Positions 6,908-14,570 are shown, counted from the stretch's first letter. The stretch is 49,846 bases of DNA from a virus (IMGVR_UViG_3300045988_134547:1-49846); one strand, 5' to 3'. Notes: a model not told the origin generated them from the sequence alone. Numbers and translations: made by a program.

Positions 6908-7537
6908 ATGAGAGATCAACGTGTTTCCGATCTTAGGTACACAATAACCTGGAGGAATCCATATAAACCGAGACCTGCAGGCCTTCCGAAGATTTTATGC
7001 AGCAGTCCTTTCGAAGAGGAATTAACGCTTCCTTGGATTATTGCTTCCAACTGGGGCCTTAGCGCGTGGGCCATAGGCATCTACTTCGAGCATCCCAAAC
7101 CGAAAAGGAAGATGGACGAAGAGAAACGAGCGGCCATGAGAAAAAAGAGGATGCACACGCGAATTGAAAAGACTGCTCCACTGTTTGCTGATGAATTTGA
7201 GAAGAAAGAACTCGAGAAGCGGGCTGATTATTTTGCTGGGAAGTCCCAGGTTGATGAAGCTGAACTCAACAAGAGAATGGATGAATTCTCTGGCCTGATG
7301 ACACCAGGGGAGGCTATTAAATACATGCTGAAACTTGGCGTACCTACCGAGCTTTCTGACGAGGATAAAAAACTCGTCGAAGAGGTCAAACGTTTCCGTG
7401 CAAATGAAATGAAGTTTTCTTCGGAAGAATTCAGGCTCAGGTGCCAAAAGAGAGCTGCTGAGAAAGCAGAGAGGGAACGAAAAGCGCTTGAGGCTTTAAT
7501 GGACATCCGGAACGAGCCTCTTTTTGCCGGACTTTAA
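6908..7537 (+). CDS. Hypothetical charged coiled-coil-like protein
   Basis: First ATG after the terminator. The upstream part of the listed ORF (6839-) overlaps the previous gene and the hairpin. Confidence 0.6.
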   Translation: MRDQRVSDLRYTITWRNPYKPRPAGLPKILCSSPFEEELTLPWIIASNWGLSAWAIGIYFEHPKPKRKMDEEKRAAMRKKRMHTRIEKTAPLFADEFEKKELEKRADYFAGKSQVDEAELNKRMDEFSGLMTPGEAIKYMLKLGVPTELSDEDKKLVEEVKRFRANEMKFSSEEFRLRCQKRAAEKAERERKALEALMDIRNEPLFAGL

Positions 7538-7539
7538 AA

Positions 7540-8022
7540 ATGACAGATATTAGTTATATTGACCGCTGGATGGATTACCCAAGAGAATCAATTCCCAAAC
7601 ATCGGATTGTTATGTCCATCACGCGGTCAGATAAGTTTGAAGACCTCGTAGACATAACGTATTACTCAGTGTTGGAGCCGATCCCAACATCTTCATATAC
7701 AACTCATTTCTTTCGCTTCTTGCCAGTCAAATTTGGTGAATATCCTCCGGCACCGGATGAAAGGTATTGGATTGACAGAGACAACCAAACTCCTTCTTTG
7801 TTCGACGACATCGAAAACGAATACCTTCCTGAAGAGCGATGGTTCGGTTATCCGGAGTTCAAGCCGCAGCCGGATCAGATCTGCATTTTCAGATACATGG
7901 ACGAGGGCTTCAATTTTTATGACGTTGATTTCTTCGAAGGAAGAACCTGGCGCCTTCGGGAGAAGACAATTTTCGCCTTTATGCCAGTAGCCTCTCCGGA
8001 GGGATTTCACCGGCGCCGGTGA
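7540..8022 (+). CDS. Hypothetical protein with two DUF551-like half-repeats
   Basis: RWMDYP...FRFLPVKFGEYPPAP and RWFGYPEF...FAFMPVASPEGF repeat the pattern seen in 5831-6208. Confidence 0.6.
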   Translation: MTDISYIDRWMDYPRESIPKHRIVMSITRSDKFEDLVDITYYSVLEPIPTSSYTTHFFRFLPVKFGEYPPAPDERYWIDRDNQTPSLFDDIENEYLPEERWFGYPEFKPQPDQICIFRYMDEGFNFYDVDFFEGRTWRLREKTIFAFMPVASPEGFHRRR

Positions 8023-8076
8023 GCTTTGTAAGCTCAATTTAGAAAAAATAAGCGAAGGACTTTAAAGTAGCCGTCC

Positions 8077-8547
8077 TCAGAAGTATTGGGGCATTTGATA
8101 GGATGCCTCGGTTGAGATTCTAAAAATTGAATCACATGTGAGTTTTATCTTCAAGGTCCCTTTCTCTTTATCTGTGGGTTTAACTGCAAAGTACAAGTTT
8201 CGTTTTTCCCCTGCCTCGTAGTCAATATTCAAACCTATCTTTTTTCTCGTGCACTTTATGCTTTCAGTTGCTTCCCCGAAGGAAAATATTGGAAGCTCTC
8301 CCAAGAGTCCGCCTTTTATTTCGATCTGTGATATTCGGCAGTTTGCATGGCCTCCGTGAATTTCAACGACTAATTGATAATAACCTTCCGCTTGAAGCCT
8401 CTCGGCATCAGAACCTCTTATTTCTGATCCAGAGAGATCAAGTACGTCAGCACGCGCAAAGGGACGCTTCTTCAAGAGTTCGACGTACATAAATACTGCA
8501 GAACAACCCGTAGCAATTGCTATGAAAATCTGGACAAATAATTCCAC
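8077..8547 (-). CDS. Membrane-anchored protein of unknown function (opposite-strand moron)
   Basis: GTG start with AAGGAG and a 5-nt spacer. It has an N-terminal TM helix (ELFVQIFIAIATGCSAVFMYVELL) and its own terminator (GAGGAC..GTCCTT plus a T-run) in 8023-8076. Confidence 0.6.
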   Translation of the reverse strand: MELFVQIFIAIATGCSAVFMYVELLKKRPFARADVLDLSGSEIRGSDAERLQAEGYYQLVVEIHGGHANCRISQIEIKGGLLGELPIFSFGEATESIKCTRKKIGLNIDYEAGEKRNLYFAVKPTDKEKGTLKIKLTCDSIFRISTEASYQMPQYF

Positions 8548-8628
8548 TTTCGCTCCTTGGTTTTAGATTTGATTTCTTGACAATCTCAATTCTAGGACCG
8601 AGGAGCTTTCTTCTCTTTAGGTACTTAA

Positions 8629-8799
8629 ATGAACTTTTCAACCACTGAACTTGTTTTCGATATTTTGTGTCTGGTCGTCAGCATTGCCTGTTTTTCCGGA
8701 CTTGTTTTTTTCTCTTCTCAACGTATTTGCGGATTATTAAGCAACGTCATCAAGCGATTGGAATCCGTTGAAACGACTCTGAAGGAAATAAAGAAATAA
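8629..8799 (+). CDS. Small single-TM protein (56 aa; below the ORF-track cutoff)
   Basis: Read by hand: MNFSTTELVFDILCLVVSIACFSGLVFFSSQRICGLLSNVIKRLESVETTLKEIKK. It has the same architecture as the next ORF, but no clear SD. Confidence 0.35.
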   Translation: MNFSTTELVFDILCLVVSIACFSGLVFFSSQRICGLLSNVIKRLESVETTLKEIKK

Positions 8800-8834
8800 G
8801 CCAAGTAGCCTATTCTCTATCTGGGGCTAAAACA

Positions 8835-9038
8835 ATGACCTTCACTTTTCAAAGCATTTTCTTACTGGGCTGTTTCTGCGTATGCGTGGCCTGCTTTTCG
8901 TACCAGCTCTACCTCTTGGGCAAGTATGTTCGGTTCGCTTTCAAGATGATTCTGGACGAACTGCGAGACCTGCAGAAACAGGTTAAAAGCATCCAGTTAA
9001 ATCAGAATTCCTTTACAGATCGCCATGAAAGCCGCTAA
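8835..9038 (+). CDS. Small single-TM protein (67 aa), paralogue-like of 8629-8799
   Basis: A Cys-rich TM segment followed by an amphipathic helix (ILDELRDLQKQVKSIQ). Confidence 0.45.
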   Translation: MTFTFQSIFLLGCFCVCVACFSYQLYLLGKYVRFAFKMILDELRDLQKQVKSIQLNQNSFTDRHESR

Positions 9039-9041
9039 ACT
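9012..9041 (+). promoter_or_regulatory. Sigma70-like promoter TTTACA-N18-TAAACT (copy 2 of 2)
   Basis: Near-identical to 1493-1522; lies 47 nt upstream of the lipoprotein ATG. Confidence 0.45.
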
Positions 9042-9087
9042 TTTTTCAGGAGGATGAGCCCCTCACCAGTTCAAACACCCAGTGAAA

Positions 9088-9405
9088 ATGAAAAAACTCC
9101 TTTTGCTGCTACCCATAAGCTTCTTAACTTTAACTAGTTGTACCGTCATCGATGGTCAGACAGTTTGGTTAGATGAAATAAAAACCTATCGAGTCTTTCA
9201 AGTTTTGCCGGATGGTAATGCCTTGGCCTTTGAATGTGATTCAGAATACGACAAATACTGTTATGGAGATGTAGCTCTACTTGCTGAAAGGGAAAAACCT
9301 TTTTATGACGGAATTAAAGTAACTATTCCTAAACCAACAATTGAAGGAACCTACCGCTACGAGACAAGGGACAACTTTATTAAGACAGTTCCGATAGTGC
9401 GGTGA
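9088..9405 (+). CDS. Lipoprotein
   Basis: Signal peptide MKKLLLLLPISFLTLTSC with lipobox L-T-S-C. Confidence 0.7.
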   Translation: MKKLLLLLPISFLTLTSCTVIDGQTVWLDEIKTYRVFQVLPDGNALAFECDSEYDKYCYGDVALLAEREKPFYDGIKVTIPKPTIEGTYRYETRDNFIKTVPIVR

Positions 9406-9454
9406 CAGTTCGCATCTAAAGAACTCAATTACGGTTAGAAACTAACACCGTTCC

Positions 9455-9479
9455 GCCCCTCAAATTGAGGGGCTTTTTT
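9455..9479 (+). terminator. Intrinsic terminator GCCCCTC-aaatt-GAGGGGC-TTTTTT
   Basis: Same stem as 4555-4574 and 14957-14975; T6 tail. Confidence 0.65.
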
Positions 9480-9493
9480 ATTGGGAATACAAA

Positions 9494-10048
9494 ATGAATG
9501 AATTAACCACTCTGCCTCCACCGACATTAGAAATTATTGATGGTGTGCCCACCGTCCTGTCAACTGTCGTGGCGGATTATTTTGGATACCGCCATGACAA
9601 CTTGCTCCAGATTATTAGAGGCCTGATAGCTCGAAATTCGGAGCTTTTATGTCTCCTATATTTTCAGGAGACAACCACAAGCCGTCCACATCCTAAAAAT
9701 CCGGATGTCTTTATTGAGTCTCCAGCATTCAGAATGAAGCAAACGGGATTCAATATTCTGGCGATGAAGTTGTCCGGAAAAAGAGCGGAAAGGTATCAAA
9801 TCAGATTTGCTCAAGCCTTCGAAGCAGCGGTGAAGGCTTTACAGAACATCAACCTGTCGACTTATCAAAAGGCCCTGCGACTGGAGGCAAAGTTCGATGA
9901 ACGAAAACGACAGATTAGTTTCTGCGCCTCTTCTCTCGCCAAATGGAAAGATGAAAAGAAGGTGATGCTTTTAAAAATGGACGAGTATCAAAAAGACGTT
10001 CAGATGTCCCTCCCTTTCGATTCAATCCTTATCGAAGTGCCGCACTAA
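9494..10048 (+). CDS. Second Rha-like regulatory protein
   Basis: VLSTVVADYFGYRHDNLLQIIRGL...FRMKQTGFNILAMKLSGKRAERYQIRFAQAF parallels the Rha N-terminal pattern. Confidence 0.65.
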   Translation: MNELTTLPPPTLEIIDGVPTVLSTVVADYFGYRHDNLLQIIRGLIARNSELLCLLYFQETTTSRPHPKNPDVFIESPAFRMKQTGFNILAMKLSGKRAERYQIRFAQAFEAAVKALQNINLSTYQKALRLEAKFDERKRQISFCASSLAKWKDEKKVMLLKMDEYQKDVQMSLPFDSILIEVPH

Positions 10049-10066
10049 ATGAACAAATCAAAACTC

Positions 10067-10097
10067 AGAGCATCCGTTTCCCGGGTGCTCTTTTTTT
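10067..10097 (+). terminator. Hairpin AGAGCA..TGCTCT followed by T7
   Basis: The T-run abuts the ATG at 10098. Confidence 0.55.
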
Positions 10098-10490
10098 ATG
10101 GATAAAACAATGACAGAACCAATGGAATTTACAGAAGCCGTCTTCCAACAGCTGGTCGGGAAGTATCGAATCAGGGTTGAGTACAGAAACTACTGGAGCC
10201 CTCCTATGGCATGTTGGGCTCAGGCATTCAACTCCTATTTTTGCGAAGCCTCTGATGTCTACATGGATGAATGCTACGACTATCCCTGGCGTCCTCTTAT
10301 TCACTCTACAGGCTACTCAGACGACGGGAAACCAATCCCCATCACAAGAGAAGCAGCCGCCAAAGCCATCACCAATGCTTACAAGGAATTGACATTAACA
10401 CCGGAAGAACGACAGGCAAGGCGCGAACGATCAGAAAAGATCAAACAGGAAGTTAAAGAACGGCTTAGAAAACAAGGTCTGATTAAATGA
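10098..10490 (+). CDS. Hypothetical protein (130 aa)
   Basis: Long ORF. The start is uncertain (10098 or 10110) and neither has a good SD. Confidence 0.55.
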   Translation: MDKTMTEPMEFTEAVFQQLVGKYRIRVEYRNYWSPPMACWAQAFNSYFCEASDVYMDECYDYPWRPLIHSTGYSDDGKPIPITREAAAKAITNAYKELTLTPEERQARRERSEKIKQEVKERLRKQGLIK

Positions 10491-10825
10491 ACTTACAAGA
10501 AAAGCTACAAGCTATTGCGAACCATTACGGCATGGACCTTCAGGCCATCAAACTGGCCGAAGAAGGCGCAGAACTGGCCGCTGCTACGTTGAAGAACTTC
10601 GGTCTCATGATTCAGCAAGAGAACGGTGAAGGCGGTGAATCCATCGCTCAAAAACGGACTGAGGCCATGGAAAAAACGGACGAAGAAATGGCTGATGTTC
10701 TCTTAGTGTCTCGGCAAATGGAATATCTGTTGCTTGAGTCCCCGGAATACGACGAAAAAATCACTCGACTAATGAACGAAAAAGCCGACCGCCAGTTATT
10801 ACGAATCAAGGAAGAAACAAAATGA
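10487..10825 (+). CDS. MazG-like nucleotide pyrophosphohydrolase (putative)
   Basis: All-helical, 112 aa, with LAEEGAELAAA ... EEMADVLLV, which matches the EExxE...ExxD MazG signature. Confidence 0.55.
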   Translation: MNLQEKLQAIANHYGMDLQAIKLAEEGAELAAATLKNFGLMIQQENGEGGESIAQKRTEAMEKTDEEMADVLLVSRQMEYLLLESPEYDEKITRLMNEKADRQLLRIKEETK

Positions 10826-11094
10826 ACATTACTAGAATCAGCCTGAAGCACACAACCGAAAGCATTCAAATTCCCGCCTGGGCGAAGACGATCGTCATCC
10901 ACGCAGACACCACGGCACCATACTCAGAGAAAAAACTACAGCAAATCTACTGTCTGTTTTTCAAAACCCTCGGTATCACAGACGAATCCAGAACCAAATA
11001 CACGCTTCGTTTTCACGTGAGATTCGATCGTCCTGACTCTGATTACTACGTTGAGTTTGCTGACATGATCCTCAACGACCGCGTGAGGTTCTGA
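10822..11094 (+). CDS. Hypothetical protein (90 aa)
   Basis: ATGA overlap with the upstream stop. Confidence 0.55.
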   Translation: MNITRISLKHTTESIQIPAWAKTIVIHADTTAPYSEKKLQQIYCLFFKTLGITDESRTKYTLRFHVRFDRPDSDYYVEFADMILNDRVRF

Positions 11095-11096
11095 CA

Positions 11097-11606
11097 ATGT
11101 CCAGGAACAAGAAACCTCGAAAGAAATTCACGTGTCGAAGGATTGAGATTCCGCGCATTTCTGAAGAACGAATTGATGTGATTATCGACACGATGACGAA
11201 TGTCGGATTCTCAGTTGAACTTAAATTGCCCAATGGCACGTTTTATCGAGATGATATGAGAGCTCTAGCCGATTTCTGCAACCTGACAGGCGTGACCTTT
11301 AGTGAACTGGGGGAGGATCGATTGAGCGAAGAAGATCTTATTTTTGCCAATCAGCTGCAGTGTGCTCTCTCTGACAACCTGACATCGTTATATCTCCGGA
11401 CATACAAGAACAAAGCTAAGTTCTACGTTCCGACCAGAGAGGAGCTCAAAACAATTCAGGAGGCTGTCACTTTCTTCCTTCCGGTAATGGAGGAAATTGT
11501 TAAAGACAGCCCAAAACTAATCATCAAATTCTGGAACAAAACAAAGAACTTAATGACGCGCCCGGATGGTGCGTATAACGGAGTGAAAGTATCTAGCTAT
11601 GAATGA
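11097..11606 (+). CDS. Hypothetical protein (169 aa)
   Basis: SD GAGG upstream of the ATG. Confidence 0.6.
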   Translation: MSRNKKPRKKFTCRRIEIPRISEERIDVIIDTMTNVGFSVELKLPNGTFYRDDMRALADFCNLTGVTFSELGEDRLSEEDLIFANQLQCALSDNLTSLYLRTYKNKAKFYVPTREELKTIQEAVTFFLPVMEEIVKDSPKLIIKFWNKTKNLMTRPDGAYNGVKVSSYE

Positions 11607-11898
11607 TATTGACTATGACAAATTGTCCAGCATGGTGGCCGACAAACTCTCAAGTCAGATCGCCGAAAAGCTGATTCAGAAAACAACCAAGCTCACACTC
11701 TCTCGACCAGAAGTAGAGGTTAGGATCGGTTTTGCTCCTGGTTCTTCTGCCGCCCGTGAAATAATGAAGGATCCGAAGTTTCCTAAGCCCGATGCATTCT
11801 CCGAGAATGGGCGTGATCGTTGGTACACAAAAGACATTGATGACTATATGGAAAGCAAAAGACACGCCCGTGCCAAGCTCGCTATTTCAGCCGCTTAG
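11599..11898 (+). CDS. xis: Excisionase-like (AlpA/Xis-type) DNA-binding protein
   Basis: The segment LSRPEVEVRIGF...IMKDPKFPKPDAF..NGRDRWYTKDIDDYM fits the Xis/AlpA pattern. It converges on int and overlaps it by 17 nt. Confidence 0.6.
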   Translation: MNDIDYDKLSSMVADKLSSQIAEKLIQKTTKLTLSRPEVEVRIGFAPGSSAAREIMKDPKFPKPDAFSENGRDRWYTKDIDDYMESKRHARAKLAISAA

Positions 11899-12958
11899 CA
11901 ATTTCTTCTGCGCTCGCTCTGTAGTATCTCTGGAGCATCTTTAAATCTTTGTGCCCCGTTTGTCTTGCAAGCGCCAGGACATCTAAGCGGGGCGCCCCTG
12001 TTTCTGGATCAGGGCTGGCGGCCCAAGTCGCAAAAGTTGCGCGGCCGTCATGAAAATTCAGACCCTCTTTTATCAGTCGGTTTTGTGAATCGTACTCAGG
12101 ACCAAGACCGGCCCTATCCCTCACCTTTCGGAATAACGTGTCTCTGTTGTGATCGTTAAGTCCGCCAAAAATACGTGGTTCATACTCGAGATCCATAACT
12201 AAGTTAAGAATCTCCCGAGCTCGTTCAGATAACGCCACGTCTCTTCTTGACAATGTTTTTGTAGCCTCTGCCGGTACATGAAGCACATTGTCATCAATCC
12301 AAGAATATTCAATCTTTAAAAGTTCCCCGGCGCGCATTCCCGTTTGACAACTGAAAAGGAAAGCAGCCACGGCCAACTGCATTTTATTTTTAGGCACGGT
12401 GTGGCCGTCCCAGCCGCTAGCTTGGAGGAGTTTCTGTATATCCTCGTCTGAAGCAACCCGCTCACGGTGCTCAGGCTCCCGAGGTTTTTCTACACCTCTG
12501 CATGGATTCACGTCCGTGAGTTCGTTTTTAATGGCGTATTGAAAAACGTCGGAGAGAATTGTCAGTTCTCTATTAACCGTTGACGGCAGAATATTGGTGT
12601 CTCGGTGTAATGCCCGCTCATTGAGGCGGCGTTCAATATAGTTCTCTATCGTCCGTTTTGTGAAAGTTGATAGAGTTTTAGCCGCCAGCTTGTCTCTCTG
12701 GAGGCGTCTCAGTCGGATTTCTTCGGTGCGTCTGGAGCGTTTCTTAGCTGTAACCTCGTTAATGTATTCATCAATCAGCGCGGCCAGAGTAATTGATGAA
12801 GAGCGTTCTTCTGCGCTGATGTCCAACTCAGCCGCAAAGCGTTTTGCTTCAGCTCGAGTTTTAAATGTTTTTGAGAATCGCTGTTTGTTTCCGTCTGCTT
12901 GCAGTCGGTAGCCGTAAACCTCGTACGTGCCGCAAGACGTTTTTCTGATTGCCGTCAT
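11882..12958 (-). CDS. int: Tyrosine integrase
   Basis: The C-terminal catalytic region carries ...TGMRAGELLKI...HDGRATFATWAA...LARQTGHKDLKMLQRYY (the R..H-x-x-R..Y pattern). The start is set at the ATG with GAGG, because the upstream part of the listed ORF is made of attP arm repeats. Confidence 0.9.
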   Translation of the reverse strand: MTAIRKTSCGTYEVYGYRLQADGNKQRFSKTFKTRAEAKRFAAELDISAEERSSSITLAALIDEYINEVTAKKRSRRTEEIRLRRLQRDKLAAKTLSTFTKRTIENYIERRLNERALHRDTNILPSTVNRELTILSDVFQYAIKNELTDVNPCRGVEKPREPEHRERVASDEDIQKLLQASGWDGHTVPKNKMQLAVAAFLFSCQTGMRAGELLKIEYSWIDDNVLHVPAEATKTLSRRDVALSERAREILNLVMDLEYEPRIFGGLNDHNRDTLFRKVRDRAGLGPEYDSQNRLIKEGLNFHDGRATFATWAASPDPETGAPRLDVLALARQTGHKDLKMLQRYYRASAEEIAKRLK

Positions 12959-12972
12959 ATCCGCCTCGAAAA

Positions 12973-13208
12973 TTTCCGTTAGCGTTTCCGTTAAATTTCC
13001 GTTATCTAAACCCGAATATAACGAGATATGCCAAAACGGACAACAAAAAATCCCGCAAAACCGAGGCTTGACGGGATATGACAAGTATGTCTGGTGCCCG
13101 GGACTAGCACCACATTATCAATAATATTCAATCAGATAACTTTAACGGTTCCGTTAGATTTCCGTTATATGGATGTAAAACGGAAATTTTTGATGGTTTT
13201 AACGGAAA
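12973..13208. repeat. attP region: at least 8 copies of the TTTCCGTTA arm-type motif flanking a ~130-bp core
   Basis: Direct copies at 12973-81, 12985-93 and 12996-13004. On the other side there is the palindrome TAACGGttCCGTTA (13143-56), one more direct copy (13159-67) and inverted copies (13177-87, 13199-208). The region abuts the int start. Confidence 0.6.
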
Positions 13209-13243
13209 TTTTCGGTTGTTGCATAAAAGCCGAAAAGCTCTAT

Positions 13244-13414
13244 TTATTTGCGACAGCAGCACTTCTTCTCGTCAAAATATTTTCTCTCTGCTACTTCGCC
13301 CTGTTTTCCAATATTAAAACTATCTATCGGACGGTGATAGCCCATAACTCTTGTCCAGATTTCACACTTCGTTCTCTCGCTGTTTGGGATACCGAGTTTT
13401 TCAAGTTCAGTCAT
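13244..13414 (-). CDS. Stand-alone NrdD-type glycyl-radical-motif mini-protein (56 aa; below the ORF-track cutoff)
   Basis: Read by hand: MTELEKLGIPNSERTKCEIWTRVMGYHRPIDSFNIGKQGEVAERKYFDEKKCCCRK. It has an AAGGAG SD and an ATGA overlap with the Rz1 stop. RVMGY...FN.GKQ.EV..R matches the C-terminus of class III ribonucleotide reductase. Confidence 0.6.
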   Translation of the reverse strand: MTELEKLGIPNSERTKCEIWTRVMGYHRPIDSFNIGKQGEVAERKYFDEKKCCCRK

Positions 13415-13674
13415 TTTCCTTTCTCCTTATCTGAGTTGGATGGCGCATCTTTCAATGATTCTTCTATCGCTGACTGCGCGCGCTGCACATTCTGCAAGAG
13501 TTTTTGAAGAGAACTCAAGTGCGCGTCTAAATCGACCACACTCTCCAAGCTCCCTCTGTAGCTTTCGCTGTATCGCGGCGTCTCGCTCGCGCACCCTGAG
13601 AGCAGAATCGTTAAGGACACCAATAGACTTTTCCAACTGTGCAATTTCTTTATCCTTTCTATGTAACGTTTCAA
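13411..13674 (-). CDS. Rz1: o-spanin (Rz1-like lipoprotein), overlapping Rz in another frame
   Basis: Signal plus lipobox SLLVSLTILLSGC. It starts inside Rz and ends 16 nt beyond it. Confidence 0.75.
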   Translation of the reverse strand: MKRYIERIKKLHSWKSLLVSLTILLSGCASETPRYSESYRGSLESVVDLDAHLSSLQKLLQNVQRAQSAIEESLKDAPSNSDKEKGK

Positions 13675-13798
13675 TCTGCTGAGCCAGTAGCCGCTCCCGC
13701 TCCTGCGTCCAGCGCAACTCTGTTTCCTGCTGGCCGAAGTGATAACCCAGGAGACTGGAGAACATCACGGCGGCAATAATCAAAATTACTCGGATCAT
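13427..13798 (-). CDS. Rz: i-spanin (Rz-like)
   Basis: N-terminal TM (IRVILIIAAVMFSSLLGY) followed by a coiled coil; immediately downstream of the endolysin. Confidence 0.75.
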   Translation of the reverse strand: MIRVILIIAAVMFSSLLGYHFGQQETELRWTQERERLLAQQIETLHRKDKEIAQLEKSIGVLNDSALRVRERDAAIQRKLQRELGECGRFRRALEFSSKTLAECAARAVSDRRIIERCAIQLR

Positions 13799-14259
13799 TT
13801 TCTGAAAAATAGTTCTAGTTCTGCGTAACGTCTGCGCCTCAGGCCGTCTTCAAACTTGGAGCCAGGATTCACATACTTCGGCCACCATTCACGGATTCCG
13901 TCCTCATTCTCTGCGTTAATCATTTTGAAGAGTGTGTACCTGCGACACTTCGTAATGCCGAAGTTGAAAACGAAAGACATCAGGGCAATAAATTGATTCT
14001 CGGTAACGGGTACGTGAACGAGCGCTGCCAGCTCCTCTTGTTTATGAATGAGGTCTTTGTCCAGTAGGTCGTAAGCCTCGGCCCGCGTAATGTGCTCTCC
14101 AGGATGTACATCTTTGGTGTGTCCGAACCCGATGGTCCAGACCCCAGCGGGGCATTTGTAGGATTCAAGGGCCGGTCCGCCTTTGGGACCTTGCTCAAAC
14201 TCAGATATGAACTGAGTTGCTAATTCAGGCGGGTACAACAAAATATCTTGCTTTCTCAT
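13795..14259 (-). CDS. GH24 (T4/lambda-type) endolysin
   Basis: FISEFEQG...ALESYKCPAGVWTIGFGHT matches the E-8-D/C-5-T lysozyme catalytic pattern. Confidence 0.9.
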   Translation of the reverse strand: MRKQDILLYPPELATQFISEFEQGPKGGPALESYKCPAGVWTIGFGHTKDVHPGEHITRAEAYDLLDKDLIHKQEELAALVHVPVTENQFIALMSFVFNFGITKCRRYTLFKMINAENEDGIREWWPKYVNPGSKFEDGLRRRRYAELELFFRK

Positions 14260-14570
14260 TTAGGCTCCTTCTTGATACCGTGCAACCTCTGTACTTCAGA
14301 CTTCAAGGTCTCCAGGTCTTGCTGAATTTTCGTTAGCTGTTTGATGCTCTCGGTATTTGATGTCGCTCGGCGGTTAAGCTCGTTGATCTGAAGCCGCTGG
14401 AGCGCGGTTTCGTTCTCCAGACTGTTGATGCGGTCTTGCTGGGACACGATTGTGTACTGATTCAACTGAGCGTTGGTCAGGTAGCCAGCGATGTAAAACG
14501 CGAAAAATAGAATGAGCTTTATTAGCCCTGCAAAAACTGAGCGCATACTAATTGCCATGGTGCTCTCCAT
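14256..14570 (-). CDS. TM plus coiled-coil lysis-cassette protein (second i-spanin-like protein or holin modulator)
   Basis: N-terminal TM (VFAGLIKLILFFAFYIAGYL) followed by heptad-like QRLQINELNRR...LETLKSEVQRL. It lies between the holin and the endolysin. Confidence 0.5.
   Translation of the reverse strand: MESTMAISMRSVFAGLIKLILFFAFYIAGYLTNAQLNQYTIVSQQDRINSLENETALQRLQINELNRRATSNTESIKQLTKIQQDLETLKSEVQRLHGIKKEPK

Noticed and set aside
12959-13084. N-terminal 42 codons of the listed integrase ORF
   Set aside because: They translate the TTTCCGTTA repeats (…NGNLTETLTE…). An internal ATG at 12958 has a proper SD, so int is called from there.
13040-13140. tRNA 3'-end mimic in the attP core (TGGTGCCCGGGACTAGCACCA)
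   Set aside because: The stem TGGTGC/GCACCA has a 9-nt loop, there is no TTCGAAT-like T-loop, and no acceptor/T-arm register fits in either orientation.
13094-13507. 137-aa plus-strand ORF
   Set aside because: Its 5' part is made of attP arm repeats. Its 3' part is antisense to the NrdD-like mini-ORF and the Rz1 end. It has no SD.
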